Assembly: GCA_977017645.1 (NCBI GenBank) | Contig: OZ360220.1 | Span: forward strand, 120,714,001-120,778,000 | Origin: Torpedo marmorata | Lineage: Eukaryota | Reading direction: 5' to 3' | Length of the DNA: 64,000 nt | Shown here: in pieces, positions 28,158 to 40,909 of the stretch | Numbering within the stretch: position 1 is the stretch's first letter | Layout of the letters: each line of letters opens with the position of its first letter | Made by a program: the position numbers and the translations under genes | Notes under the pieces: generated by a model | Told to the model about the DNA's origin: nothing | What the model saw: the letters and a program-made list of their open reading frames with translations, nothing else | Database searches by the model: none

Positions 28158-28229
28158 CTCACACGATTTAATGCATTGAATCATTTCAGGGGGAGGGTGC
28201 CACTTTAGTCCTGCCGTACAAACTATATT
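28158..28229 (-). CDS. PAPPA: PAPPA internal exon (end of CCP5)
   Basis: ctcttcacag|AAT...GAG|gtaaga; 72 nt; NIVCTAGLKWHPPPEMIQCIKSCE. Confidence 0.92.
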
Positions 28230-31200
28230 CTGTGAAGAGAAAATCAATTGATCATTGTTCTGCTGTCAGTATGGTGTCTACTTTTATAATTGGAATCTTT
28301 GGCTATTCTGCCCATGCTCGTTTACAATACCAATGCGTGAGAGGAAAATAAGCTGTCCAGATTTCTTATTGTGACAGTAGACTAAGCAACAATCAAGATT
28401 TAGGCACTGATTTGTTCAGGGCATTTGCAAATTCTCCATCCAATACTTTGTTTATGTTGGCAGTCTCAGTCAATCACAATTGAGAGTACATTTGACATTT
28501 TAACATTTGCTGCCTTATTTTCATCACCATAAAAGCAAACTGCTGAATGTGAGAATGTAATAGAAAGCATTGGTTATTTTGGAATAATTAACAGCCAGCA
28601 ATCTTACCAAAGGCTACAGGTGATCTTATGTTTCCAATATTGAATAACTAAGTGAACACCAAAGAATAAGAATAAACCAGTAGTCAAAGGGATCAGATCC
28701 AGAAGCAAAGTTTTACTTCGCACCTGAGCCCCTAAAGTGAGATTTATTAATTCCTACTTTGTGAATGATAATATGCTGTGATTTATTTTTGATTAGCTGT
28801 GATTGTGGAGAAAGAGTATGATTAATACTGATATCAAAATGTAAACTTGAATCCTCTGATTATAGGACAGACTCTTCACTTTGCTCTTGCAAAGCAATTC
28901 CAAAAATGTCACATCCACGTTGCCTCTGACGATTGACCAATGGTCAAATTAGAACAACGGTCAATGTAGCACAAAATAAATACATGGTATACTCAGCAGG
29001 TTAGGTAGTGTCTGTGGAGAGAGACACTGGGTGAATATTTCATCCATGGCCTTTCACAACAACTTTAAAATGTAAAAATGAAGCATCTTTTCAGTTACAG
29101 ACTAAGAAGGAAGGGAAAAAGAGCAGAAAGAAAGGTATTTGATCAGATGGAGACGAGGATAGAGTGACAGGTGGCAATGGTGTTGGCTAAAACTGGGTAG
29201 TAGAGGCATGCCTAAGAGAGGTGTAAATAGGGGAGGATAAATCGAATCTGAAATACAAGAAGAGAAAGGGGGAAAAATGAATGCTAGAAATGTTAGATAA
29301 AGACTGGAACCATACCCATGAAAAATCATCAACCTTAAATGTTAACTGCTTTCCTCTTCGCAGACTTGCCTGGACCTGCCGAGTCCTTCCAGTCTTCCTA
29401 GCTCAGAGCATAATAAATAAAACCAGTGTTGTAAACATCACTCCTTCAGTGCTGGATAGAAACATTGTGGCCTAATGTAAAACTTTTTCATTGGTGTGTG
29501 ATATTATCACTGCAATAATGCTTAGATGTTTTAATTCTATTCCTTTTATAAAAATAAGTTGCTTGACAAACATCCTTTCTTACCAGATGTTGCCCTTTTA
29601 ATATTCTGTTACCTTGCATCCTGTGCATATTCATTTGTTAAATGCTGAGAATCACACAATTATTTAAATTAGCTGCTAAATAGAGCACTTCTTGTCCACA
29701 AGATGTACATTGCCAAAGTGTATCTTTATCAGAACTCTAGGTCATAGGTTAAGTCTTCATCCAGGAGCTCAGTCAAGAATAACATGAGAGCGAAATAATA
29801 TCAAAGCTGTTGAAAAGTTTAACATCGTACACAATGTTTAATTGGTCCTCCAAGTCCTTTTGAATTTTAAGAATCAAGTGGGCAAAAAAAATTGAAGAGA
29901 GATTTTAATTCCTGTAAATTCCATTGCCATCAGTGATTAAATTATGCCCTCTGTTAACATGTGCCTTCCAGTTAACTCCAAGTGTTTCTGTACATGATAT
30001 GTGTGACTCCATTCAATGAAGATGTTCTTATCTGCTCAAATGCACATTCAGATGGCAATGTATGATTTGAAATTTCAGATTCTCCAAAAGCTCCATTTTG
30101 GGGAAAAGAAAATAAATTCAGAAGAAGTGTTCCTGGCTGGATGCTGTTAGTGACCACTTTGTTTCCTGAACAAGGCATTCCAACACAGAAATCTCAGCTA
30201 TGACATGGCCTTAACTGGTTAAAATACTTTGCTGCTGCCTTCAGAGAGTTCCATGTTAGTATTTGAACCCCACTCTGGGTCCGACCCAACTAAATTTTTA
30301 AAGACTTTGTGAGTGTCAAAATAAAAAAAATGAAGACCTCCCAATGTACCAATTATCAGTAATGGCTAGGATGCTTATATTTATGGCATACTAAACTGCA
30401 ACTTTTATTCAATGAATCTTTATTTTCATCAAAAGGACATATTGTAATCAAAAATAAATCAGAGAAAGTGTAGGCTTTCTACCATTGGTGTCAATATCTG
30501 TGGCACTATAAGTCAATAAAAGACACGGGAGCCAAAGCAGTCCTTAGGGGGAGCCCTGGACCAGAAAGAGAGTTCTCTGTCAATCAAGTTTCCGATCTTT
30601 CAGCCTTCAGCGCTGATTCAGTCAGGGGCATCGAGGAGTAATGGTGAAACCAGGATTTTCAGCAACATCTGTACAGCAGAATTGCAGCCCAAACATATCT
30701 GGATGCTCATATTCTAGAAACCCACCCACATTTACTCAATGTGCACTTGAAAAGAAACATTACCTGCATGAGAGCCAGCAGATTAATACAGATCGGCAAC
30801 AGGAGAATGCAGAAAGCCAGAAACCTGTACAAGATCTGATGACAAGCCTGCAGCTAGCCTTTGCTCAGATCAATGCTTTTGTCATTGTTTAAGCATGGTT
30901 AACTATTTTCACTTGGGTTGTTTCAAGCTTCCCCATCTCAAACCTGCTCACATTAAAACTGTGGCTGTGACTCAGATGAAAAGTGAAATATTTTGAACTT
31001 ATTTATGAGTATAAACAGTACATTTTGTTCCATGTTGCACAGAAGCTACAAACCAGGTAGCTAAAAGGTTGCAGCAACAGACAGTTGCTTTCTTGCACCT
31101 TGATGGGTGACCTGTTGATGCTTCAAAGTGTAGTTATTGAACTGGTGAACCCACTTAAACTGTAATCGTTCAGGTTTAGACTTTTGATTTCTGAATCGAG

Positions 31201-31273
31201 TCAGCAAAATGGGGAACGAGGAGGGGGTGGGAAAGAAACAAAAGAATTTTGCTCCAACCCTATTATGTTGGAA

Positions 31274-32057
31274 TTCAGGGTTTAGGGTTCCTTTTTTTGT
31301 CATGTAATAAAACATTTAAAATGTAATATACATGATATAATTCAACTTTTTTCTGCGTAAGGCAAGCAAAGAGTCGCCATGAGCATTGCCCGGCACCCCT
31401 AACAATAGAGAAAGAGAAGCAAAAGAGAGTCCCCTCAGTCACTGAGTGTCCATGGATTCGTCTCCAGAGCTCCTGCAGCCTCTGCAGCCACACAGACTCC
31501 TGTTCAATCCATTGGCAACCCGAGCTCTAGATCCAAACTTCTGACACGATCAGGAAGCTTTCAGCACCCGAGGCCCTTCGGGAGCCCTGCGTGCCGTCAG
31601 CACCTTCTCAAATCCTGGTTCCGATTCCTGGTTCCCATGAGCCAGTCTCCAGCAACCTGCAGCCTGTGTGAGTCCTTCGACGGCAAGTCACTAACCGCCA
31701 GCAGCTTCTGTGGGTCCTTCAGCCACTGAGATCCTCGCTAGTCCGATGCCGTGGTCACCTTCCCTGTAGGGTCATCTCCCAGGCTTCTCCTTCTCAACGG
31801 GCGGTGTTCCTCCTATTTCTGGTGAAATCTGCGTGAGTCCGCTGCACGCCGGAGTCTGCAACCCCTCGTGGTACTCTACCCAGAACAGGCGGCGCCATCT
31901 TCAGCACAAGATTTTTTTTAAAAACACTGTTGGCTACTTTAACAGGCCGTGTAAAGCTTGTATCATGACCGGGCAGTAGGACCCTGCAGAGCAGTGCTAT
32001 GTCTAGGCTCCCCAATCTCCCAGGTCCACGCCAGCGGCAGCTCCGGCAGCACCACAA
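31274..32057 (-). mobile_element. GC-rich non-autonomous retroposon, copy 2
   Basis: Shares blocks acggcctgttaaag, aagatggcg, ccacgaggggttgcagactccgg, gagaaggagaagc and gggactctcttttgcttctctttctct with copy 1; tail gaaccctaaaccctgaa. Confidence 0.75.
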
Positions 32058-33237
32058 TTTTTTTTTTGATACTTTCTCAATATTTATTGACTAAAAACTA
32101 CTGAAGGAGCATTTCAAGAATCCCTTGTGTCTCCTCATTTCTGGACCAACTAATTTGGTGCAGTGAGCCAACTCGTAAATTATGATTTTGCAAGGTTGGA
32201 TGTGTAGGCACCAAATCAATCAAAAGTTAGACCAGGGAATGAAAACCTTGCTTTGTGAAAGGTAATAGGCAAGTTGGTGCAAACGTACACTTCCACAAGT
32301 CAACACAAAAGGTTAAAAACTTAAAGATTGCAACTGGAATTTCCCTATTCTGTAGGAAATAAAAAGTAGACCAATTTCAGTAATCCCCAGTTAATCAACT
32401 ACCTTTTGCAGGTTTTGATAATGGATCAAAATCCAATATTTCCATGCTGATTTCAGGAAACCAATCTTTCATTGGTTTGAATCTATCATTTCATGGTAAA
32501 GTGGCAGTACAGCCCACCAACCTTCAAAGAAGATACACATGAAGATCTAATGAACTCTGTGGCATGAGCTTCTTCTTTTCCAATGGAGGTTAAAGTCAGA
32601 TGTCAGTGCATAGTGATTGCTGGTGTCCAGCATCACAAAAGACATTGAGTTGATTGAACAACCAATCACATTTAATGTCACTCAGCAATAAAATCTGAAA
32701 TGGGAAAATTTGTAAGATGCATTTGAAATCTTCACAAAATCTGCAAGGAACTTGAACTTTTGAATTTACTTTTCTTTTTTAAAGAAAAAGTGTAATTGCC
32801 AAGCTCGTGGCAGTCTCTGAAAAATAATGTTCTCACTGCTCATTGGTCAAGTCTGTGACTGCCCTAACGATGAAATGTATGATTTAAATGTATGAGTTAA
32901 GGTCATGTGTTGATTCTCTTAAATGTACTATATTTTAATTATTTTTTGATATTTTGGTGGATCCTGCACCTTTTATAAAATACCAGAAGAGTTGAATAGT
33001 TTCTAAAATAGTTTTCAAAAGATTTTTGACTATCAGTTCTTGACGTTGTGAGTTAATTCTTGGTTGTGATAGGTCAGCTTGTCTGACCTTCAACATCTAG
33101 GAAAGGTAATGGTTGGCAGGCTGGCAAAATAGATGTAGTTCAGACTGTCCAGTATGATCCAGACCTTTGTAATGCATGGAATCAATAATGCTGATATCTT
33201 CTCAGCTAAAATGGACAAAAATGTCTTTGATAAAAAA

Positions 33238-34174
33238 ATTGGCGGCACTGCCAGAGCTGTTGTAACGGCAGCGCTGTCACTGGTACGGACCCAGGAAAGC
33301 AGGGGATCAGAGGTACAGCGCTACTGCCCAGTTCTATTGCCGATGGCTCCAAACAAGTTTTAAACAGCCTGTTCAAGGATCTGACGGTGTTTTTCTTTAA
33401 ATCCTGCAACCACGGAGGTCTGTGCCAAAGATGGTGGTGCCTATGCTGGGCAGCGTACCATGAGGGGTTCCAGACTTCAGCATAGGGCACCAAAAATGGG
33501 GAGAACATGCCCCGCCCCCCCCTTCCCGGTTGAGAAAGAGAAGCATAGGAGATGACCCTACAGTACAGTGACCACGGCAGTGGACCAGCGAGGAGCTCAG
33601 CGCCTGAAGAACCCACACAGGCTGTGGGCTTTTGGCGACTTGCAGTTGAAGGGCTCGCGCAGGCTGCGGTCTGCTAGCTACTTGCGGTCGAAGGACTCAC
33701 ACATGCTGCGGGCTGCTGGAGACTTGCAGTCGAAGGATTTGCACTAGGCTGCTGGCGACTTGCAGTTGAAGGGCCCACACAGACTGCGGGCTGTTGGAGA
33801 CTGGCTCACAGGAACCGTGTATCGGAACTGGGATTCGAGAGGGTTCTGAGGACAAGAACGGCTCCAGAAGGGCCCCTGGGTGCTGAAGGCTTCCTGATTG
33901 TATCAGAGGTTTGGATCTGGAGCTTGGGTTGCTGATGGTTTGAATGGGTCTGTACAGCTGCAGAGGCTGTGGGAGGGCTGGAGGCAAATCCACAGACACT
34001 CAGTGACTCTGAAGGGACTCTCTTATGCTTCTCTTTCTCTGATTGTTAGAGGCGCTGGGTAATGCTCATGCGATCCTTTGTTGGCTTTGCGGCTGACAAA
34101 AGTTGAAGTATATCATGTATGTTACATTTTAAATGTATTATTACGTGACAATAAAAGGAACCTTTGAAACCTTT
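33238..34174 (+). mobile_element. GC-rich non-autonomous retroposon, copy 3
   Basis: Same blocks; internal tandem ggctgcgggctgctggcgacttgcagtcgaagg-like repeats (~33620-33805); tail acaataaaaggaacctttgaaaccttt. Confidence 0.75.
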
Positions 34175-34588
34175 TGTTTCGTGGTCAGCTTTGGTTCCAG
34201 AATGAACTGCAGAATCAAATTTCTGCTTGTGTGTTCTCAAAGCATTTTCTTTTGTCTTGGATGTAGAACACTGCATAATATTTTGTGTTGTATCACTTGA
34301 GATCCCTTGAAATGCATCATCTGCCATTGTAATCAGCCCCTTGGGAGCAAATTACCTTGTTTATAATGGTTTCACACTGGTTACTCATTGTCATGGTGAT
34401 ATCTCTTCAGAAGACCCTTTTTCCTGCTCATTGTACTTGGGGAGGTCAGCAATATTACAGCAGCAAAACAGCCTTAATAAAGTTTGTACCACCAAAAAAA
34501 GCATAACTTACTCTACTGTGAGTATGAGCCAAATATTAAGCTTGATGAACTGCAACAATTGCTGTCTAAAGTTTTTAAAAAATCTAAC

Positions 34589-34698
34589 CTTTGCCTTTGG
34601 AGGGCTCATCCAGTACTTCACATCATCCGAAGTCATGTTACTTGGTAAAATCACAGGGTCGTTTTGATGAGACAAGCAGAAAGCATTACATTCTGCAC
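34589..34698 (-). CDS. PAPPA: PAPPA internal exon (CCP5)
   Basis: cttttcag|GT GCA...GCA AAG|gttaga; 110 nt; (G)AECNAFCLSHQNDPVILPSNMTSDDVKYWMSPPKAK. Confidence 0.92.
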
Positions 34699-37090
34699 CT
34701 GAAAAGAAAGGAAAGGGAGATTGCACTTATCTCTGTTAGTCCTATAGTTGAAAGAAGCCTTTCGAGTACAGTGCTGGAAGGTGGATATTTTAGTGGCAAA
34801 AACTGAAAAGTGGGAGATTGCTTTGTTATTATCAGCATATGTGTAGGTTCTAATCCCACTGTAATGTTAGCAAGAACTTTTGTGTAGTCTAATGCCATTG
34901 TGGGATTTCTCTTATGAATGGATATTCTGGTGAATAAACATGTTCAATTTTAGCTCAAAATGCTTTTGAGTGACGACGAGAAACACTTTGAACAGGAAGA
35001 TTCCAGAAAGCACTTTGTGCATTAATTTTCCATACAATGTTTTTCCTGTTGGAATATACTGTGTTAAAAAGTAATGTATGTTACTTTATGTGAAACTGAT
35101 AACATTGATTGACTTGGTGAAACTATTAGCAGGCTCAGTCAAAACATTGTCCATTTTAATGATGTTCCAATGAAAAACCTTACTGATTTTTCAGGTTAAC
35201 ATTATGAAAGTCACTTACACCATTGAACTTAGTACTTCCTAAATGGTAGACTTTTCACAACCTTGATTTTTCCGAGAAACAATTATGAACCTCAGCAAGA
35301 TTCTGTTTCAATTGTGCCTGTTAATTCAGCATCTCAAACTACCCTGCACAGTGACTCACTCAGCTCTCTGGCTCTGAATGTGTACCTAACTCGCAGAAAT
35401 ATTCAGCAAAAGTGCAGAGAAAATATTAATTCTAGATATTGTATTTTTATGTTTCAAAAGAAGCCATTTCTGACCTTCCGGTAGTTTATCTGACCAACTA
35501 AGATGGAGATTTTGTGTTCAGAGTCCAATCTTGCAGGGTTGTATATTGGTCTGTGTCTGGTATGGATTTCCACTCCGAACACCTATACTAGCACAATTTG
35601 AGTTAAAGTTTGTCGTTGAGCTCAGATTTTGTCTGGTTTAGGCAGCTGTGCTTGGTGATCCTACTCAGTAATGACTTCATCCATTTAGTATTTGTAACAG
35701 AATAATGATAGGGAGGAAAAGAGTTAATTTGGATGAAAAAAGTAATTATAATTCTTTGACAGTTAACCGCCAGTGATGGTGCTTCCTTATTCAATATTTT
35801 GTGAACAGGCATTTATTTTAGTGCTTTATGCAAATTAAATATATTTAAATTATTTAAAAATGCATAGATTTTGCATTAATTTATTATTTCTCCTCTTTTG
35901 GAAATACCAGAATAATTTATTTGCAATGGAGACCTTGGCAATGGAAGTTCCTCCACATTCTGACAGTACAGCAGTTCCACTATTGATTGGCCAAAATATT
36001 TAAGAACTATGGATAGCTCCGTATCCAAACACTCACACTGGTCTGTTTCTCTCTCTCCTCTATCTTTAACAAATCAGGCATCAGTCTTGCCAGACATTCA
36101 CTCATCGCTGTATTTTATACTAATTAATTTTACGTTTCTGGACTTGAGATTTCAATGATTTAGTTTGGCCCAATCAGGACCCAGTGTTTAACAGGGTGTT
36201 CATGCTAGAGTTTACAAGTTGTACAGAATGTTTTACTTAAACAATACAAAGGACAATTATGAGCCTTTATTACATCGCATTCAGAACTCAAAGAACGATA
36301 AAGAGGAGACAATGAACAGCCAGATCCAGAGTCATTGCAAATGTAGAAAAAATTTAAATATCTGAAGGTGGAGGGTCATGTTATGAACTAGACAAAGGAC
36401 AGTGAAGTGACTTTGCAGTCTAGATTTTGTGCAGTGTTATGGAAGCGTCATCAGAAAGTGCCAATAAATGAACTTTGTATCTTCCCTTATTCAAATAATA
36501 TTGGAATTGAAGTGACAAGCACCCATTTTAAATAGTGCTTAGGATGCCTAGAATTCCTCAGCCTTGTTTCAGTTTGATATTTTTTAAATAATACATTTTA
36601 TGCAACTTGACATTAAACTCCAAGATTTTTCTGAATATTCCCAGTGCACTTAAAACCTTTCAGAACTCAGCTCTGACCAAGATTCATTCTGACTTTTTTT
36701 GTACAAAAACAAGATTTCATGAGAAAAATACGGGTTGACAGGTTTCCATTTTTTTTGAGAAATTGGTCAAAGGCTTATTCGGGAAAAGATTCCTGTAACT
36801 TTAACACGTGGTGTAAAACAGGAAACCTGGAGAGAGAATTTTCATCTGAACAGCCAAGGGTCAATCTAAGAATGTTTTTTGTTCATCGAGCTGTATGTAC
36901 TCCATTATGTAATTTTCCAAACTCTGGAGACTTTTTAAAATGAAACAATGAAATAATTAATGACATAACCAGGAGTAGGATTTCAACAATAGTTGAGAGG
37001 TATTCTCCAAGATTCTGGAGGGCAGGGTGTTATGATATATTTTATGCATTGTCTGGGAAGTATAGGAAATGATCTTCTTTAATATTAACG

Positions 37091-38996
37091 TGTAGCGGGA
37101 CTGTCCGGCTCCTCACACAATGGGCCGAATCGCCGCGAGATGCAGACGGCGCAAGATGGCGCAGGGACTTTCTCCCGGTTGAGAAGAAGCGCCAGGATCC
37201 AAGAACGCGTTGTTAGGGGGTGACGTTTTGTTCCTATGTAGCGCGCTGACGTCACTTCCGTGACCCAGCGCGTGAGGACAGGAAGTGGGCGATACCCTTA
37301 TAAGTGCGCGCGTTGTTTTAAATAAAGGAGTTACTAGTTCACCTACTCGGTGTATAGACATGTCTCTGTTCTTACAGTGCTGCCGTTAAGCAGGCGCTAC
37401 AGTGGTGACCCCGAACAGGTTCCAATGTTTTGGAAACTGCAACATACGCAGCGACATGAGCCTGACCGACGCTTCAGCAGCCTCTGGGGCTGCCGGCAAC
37501 GAGCCTCCCTCAGCTGTCGCGACTAACTCTGCTTCCGTCCAGGCCATGATAAATGCCGTGGGCGTCCACCTGCCGCCATTTTGAGCAAACAAGCCACGCA
37601 GTTGGCTGCAACTCGCCGAGTCCCCGTTTTCACTACGGGGTATAATGGCTGAAGATACAAAATTCTGGCACGTGGGCAACGCCCTGGGCCCCTCCACAGC
37701 AGCGAAGGTTGGCCCTTTTGTGAATAACCCGCCCATGGATCGCAAGTATACCATGTTTAAACAGTTTCTGTTGGACTCTTTTGAACTTAGCCAGTACGAG
37801 AGGGCCGTTCGTGTGCTTAATACACAAGGTCTTGGGGATCGCAACCCCTTGGAGTTGATGCAGGAATTAGTGGCGTTGGCAGAAGGACACACTAAGTGTT
37901 TTCTTTTTGAAGCCCTATTCCTGTCAAAGTTGCCAATCCATGTTGCTTCCGCCATTTCCAATATGGATTTTGCTCAACCACATCTTGTGGTGAAAGAAGC
38001 GGACAGGCTTTTCCATATTCCGCAGAGAGACTCCATTCCTGTACAGCCAATTGGCGCAGTAGGAACAACCACAGCCACCTCGTACTGTTCGCCAGCGGCC
38101 ATTACAGCCATCCAGTCACAGCGTGGTGACCGCCCCGACAAAACTACTGGGTACTGCTACTACCACCGTCGATGGGGCCATAATGCCTGACGGTGCGTGC
38201 CTCCCTGTACTTTCCCCAGCACCAGAACTCACACGATGTCGGGAAACGAGCAAGCCAGCCGCCGTTAGTGGCCTACTCTATCTGCGCGACCAGAAGACTA
38301 GACGGGATTTTTTGGTGGACACTGGTGCAGAAATCAGTTTAGTTCTGCCCACGTTTTTCGAGCGGAAGAACAACGCCTAAAGCATTGGACATTGGGGGTC
38401 GGCATGATATGTTTACTATGGACCGCCTCAAACGAGCTCATTTGGACTTGGCTGAGCCTTTTCCTGCTCCATTATTGTGGCGCCGGGGCCGCCCTCCTAA
38501 AGACGCTGGGCAACACACTGCCAAAAGTGACTGCGATTCTGGGGGGGGGGGGTGTAGCGGGCCTGTCCGGCTCCTCACACAATGGGCCGAATCGCCGCGA
38601 GATGCAGACGGCGCAAGATGGCGCAGGGACTTCCTCCCGGTTTAGGAGAAGCGCCAGGATCCAAGAACTTGGCTGGGTTAACGATTAACGATTAACCCAA
38701 ATGTCTGTAGCTTGGCAAACAGGTGTCGTAGATGTTCTCTGTGTGTTCTGACGTCTGGGCTGGCAATTAGGATATCGTCTAAATAGACGAATGTACCCTC
38801 CAGGTCTCGTACTACCACATCCATGAGATGCTGAAATGTCTGGGCCGCGTTCTTGAGCCCAAATGGCATCCTAAGAAATTCAAAAAGACGAAACGGAGTA
38901 ATTATGGCTGTTTTAAATAAAGGAGTTACTAGTTCACCTACTCGGTGTATAGACGTGTCTCTGTTCTTACAGTGCCGCCGTTAAGCGGGCGCTACA
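37091..38996 (+). mobile_element. Internally deleted CsRn1-like Gypsy element 2
   Basis: 5' LTR 37091-37401 (311 bp); tRNA-Trp PBS TGGTGACCCCGA 37403-37414; gag with CYYHRRWGHNA*RCVPPC; protease start FLVDTGAEIS joined to the integrase C-terminus; poly-G PPT 38541-38552; 3' LTR 38553-38996; TSD AACG/AATG (one CpG-type mismatch). Confidence 0.92.
38669..38908 (-). pseudogene. Inverted 240-bp Gypsy reverse transcriptase fragment inside the 3' LTR
   Basis: AIITPFRLFEFLRMPFGLKNAAQTFQHLMD...FVYLDDILIAS; absent from the 5' LTR. Confidence 0.9.
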
Positions 38997-39079
38997 AATG
39001 TACAATTAAATTCACTTCAGGCATTAGGCCTCTCACTCCATCGGTCCACCCTGAGTACATCATTCTTTGGATGAAAAAC

Positions 39080-39252
39080 TAACTGCTGGTGGAACTTAGT
39101 AGGTCAGGCAGTATCTGTGGAGGAAAAAGAACAGTCAATGTTTTTGTTTGAGACCCTTCATCTGGACAAGGTGAAGGGTCTCGGCCCAAAACGTTGATTG
39201 TACTTTTCCCTCCACAGAGGCTGCCTGATCTGTTGATTTTCTCCAGCAGTTT
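39080..39252. mobile_element. Fold-back Penelope-like 3'-end remnant
   Basis: Two diverged inverted arms meeting at ~39165; hammerhead-like tgaagggtctcggcccaaaacgttg. Confidence 0.65.
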
Positions 39253-39799
39253 ATCCTTTGCTCCAGATTCTATCATCTGCATTCTTTTGTGCTTCTTTTC
39301 TTTAGATAAATCTTGCTCTGCCAATAACACTGGTGAAAGGAACATCTCAAAGCAATAAACAGCTTGCCCTGTTTCTTTGGTTCGCCTCTGTTCCCAATGG
39401 AAAGGACTTTGTCACCTCAACCTGTCTCTGCATGATACCCTGACAAGGCTACCACATTAGGAGTTTACAAACATTACTTTCTGGCCATGCATGAAGTCAA
39501 CTCTGCACCATTGTATCACCACAATTTTAAGCTCCATATTGTCATCACCCAGCTCATGAGCAACAGAATCTGTGTTGACTACCATGAGGGTGAGATGGAG
39601 TTGGGAAGTCAGAGCTGGTTAACCTACCAGAAATGAGTTCTGATTGGTTGTGTGAGCTTTGAGTGGAACATGGAGTTATGTTGGACTGAAAGACCAATCT
39701 CTGTGCGGTGAATTTGTTCATGCAGAGGACAGCTCAGTGGCACAGATGACCTGTTACCATGCTGTATGTCTAAATAAATAATAAAAAAATAAGAGAGCT

Positions 39800-40100
39800 G
39801 CCACCTCACAGCACCAGAGACCTCAGTTCAACCCTGACCTTGGAAGTTGTGTCTGTGGAGTTTGCACATTCTCCCTGTGACTGCATGAGTTTCCTCTGGG
39901 AGTTTGGGTTTCCACCCACATCCCAAAGATGTACAGGTTGGGAGGTTAGTTGGCCACTGCAAATTGGCCACCATGTTTGAGTAGAGTCCAGGGAAGTTGC
40001 TGATAACGTGGGAACTAATATAGGATTAATGCAAGTATGGGAGGTGTTCAATGGTTGATGCAGACTTGGTAGGCTGAAGAGATGGTGTCTTTGTGTGACT
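39800..40100 (+). mobile_element. Old tRNA-derived SINE (V-SINE/HE1-like); similar copy at ~44975-45315
   Basis: ctcacagcaccagagacc...tgtggagtttgcacattctccctgtgactgcatgagtttcctctggg body. Confidence 0.55.
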
Positions 40101-40165
40101 CTAGAAATTGGTAAAGCCCTCATTGAGTTTGAAAATCTCTCCTATTCCTTCAGTGCATTACCTAC

Positions 40166-40313
40166 CTATGCCATAACCATCTTTGCAGAGCAACCTGATG
40201 TGTGTGCTCAGGTGATGTGGCGGTGCACACTCTCCCTTCATTGAGCTGCAGATCTGGAGTGAGCCGTTCCAGGTTCCGTCCTTGCGGCAGCGAATTATGT
40301 TGTTCGTTGGTTC
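40166..40313 (-). CDS. PAPPA: PAPPA internal exon (CCP4/CCP5)
   Basis: attccag|GAA...ATA G|gtaggt; 148 nt; EPTNNIIRCRKDGTWNGSLQICSSMKGECAPPHHLSTHIRLLCKDGYGI(G). Confidence 0.93.
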
Positions 40314-40668
40314 CTGGAATATATGACATCAGAATTACCTTAATTCATGATGTAGATCCTCCATGAAAACTTAAAGAGTACGTGGCCCAGCTCCATATGT
40401 GCTGCATTGAGGCGCCATTAACTGCCTCAGTCTGTTTTCGCTGTGGTACTGTGTCTTACTGTGTTAAGTGTGTGTATGTATAACCCTGCTCTGGTCTTCA
40501 CTGATTTCAGAGTTCTGGTCGAGGTCGAGAATGACTGTGGGCAAGGGAATGTAAATAACCTCCGTACCATATTTCACTTATTTGCATGTAGCTTTAATTT
40601 TTCCAACCAGCAGTGTTCTGATTTATTGATCCACCAATCTCTGTTTTTGTGAACTACAAACACATTAA

Positions 40669-40909
40669 CCCTTTGTTCTCCGAGTCCTGGTTTTCAGGGA
40701 CTACCAAGAAGCACATATACTCCTGAGTCCCGGTTTTGCGGGACTACCAACAAGCGCATATACTCCGTGTCCCAGTTTTCCGGGACTGATTTTATACCCA
40801 ACCACTAGCTAGTTCATACTGGTGTTCGTATTTTAAAGGTTTACCCATGGACCCAGTCCGGAGTACGGTATATATTATGAAAGGTTAAAAATGGCCGGAG
40901 TCCAAAGGG
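40669..40909. mobile_element. piggyBac-like MITE
   Basis: TTAA on both sides (40665-40668, 40910-40913); TIR ccctttgttctccg / cggagtccaaaggg; about three internal ~43-bp tandem repeats. Confidence 0.8.
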
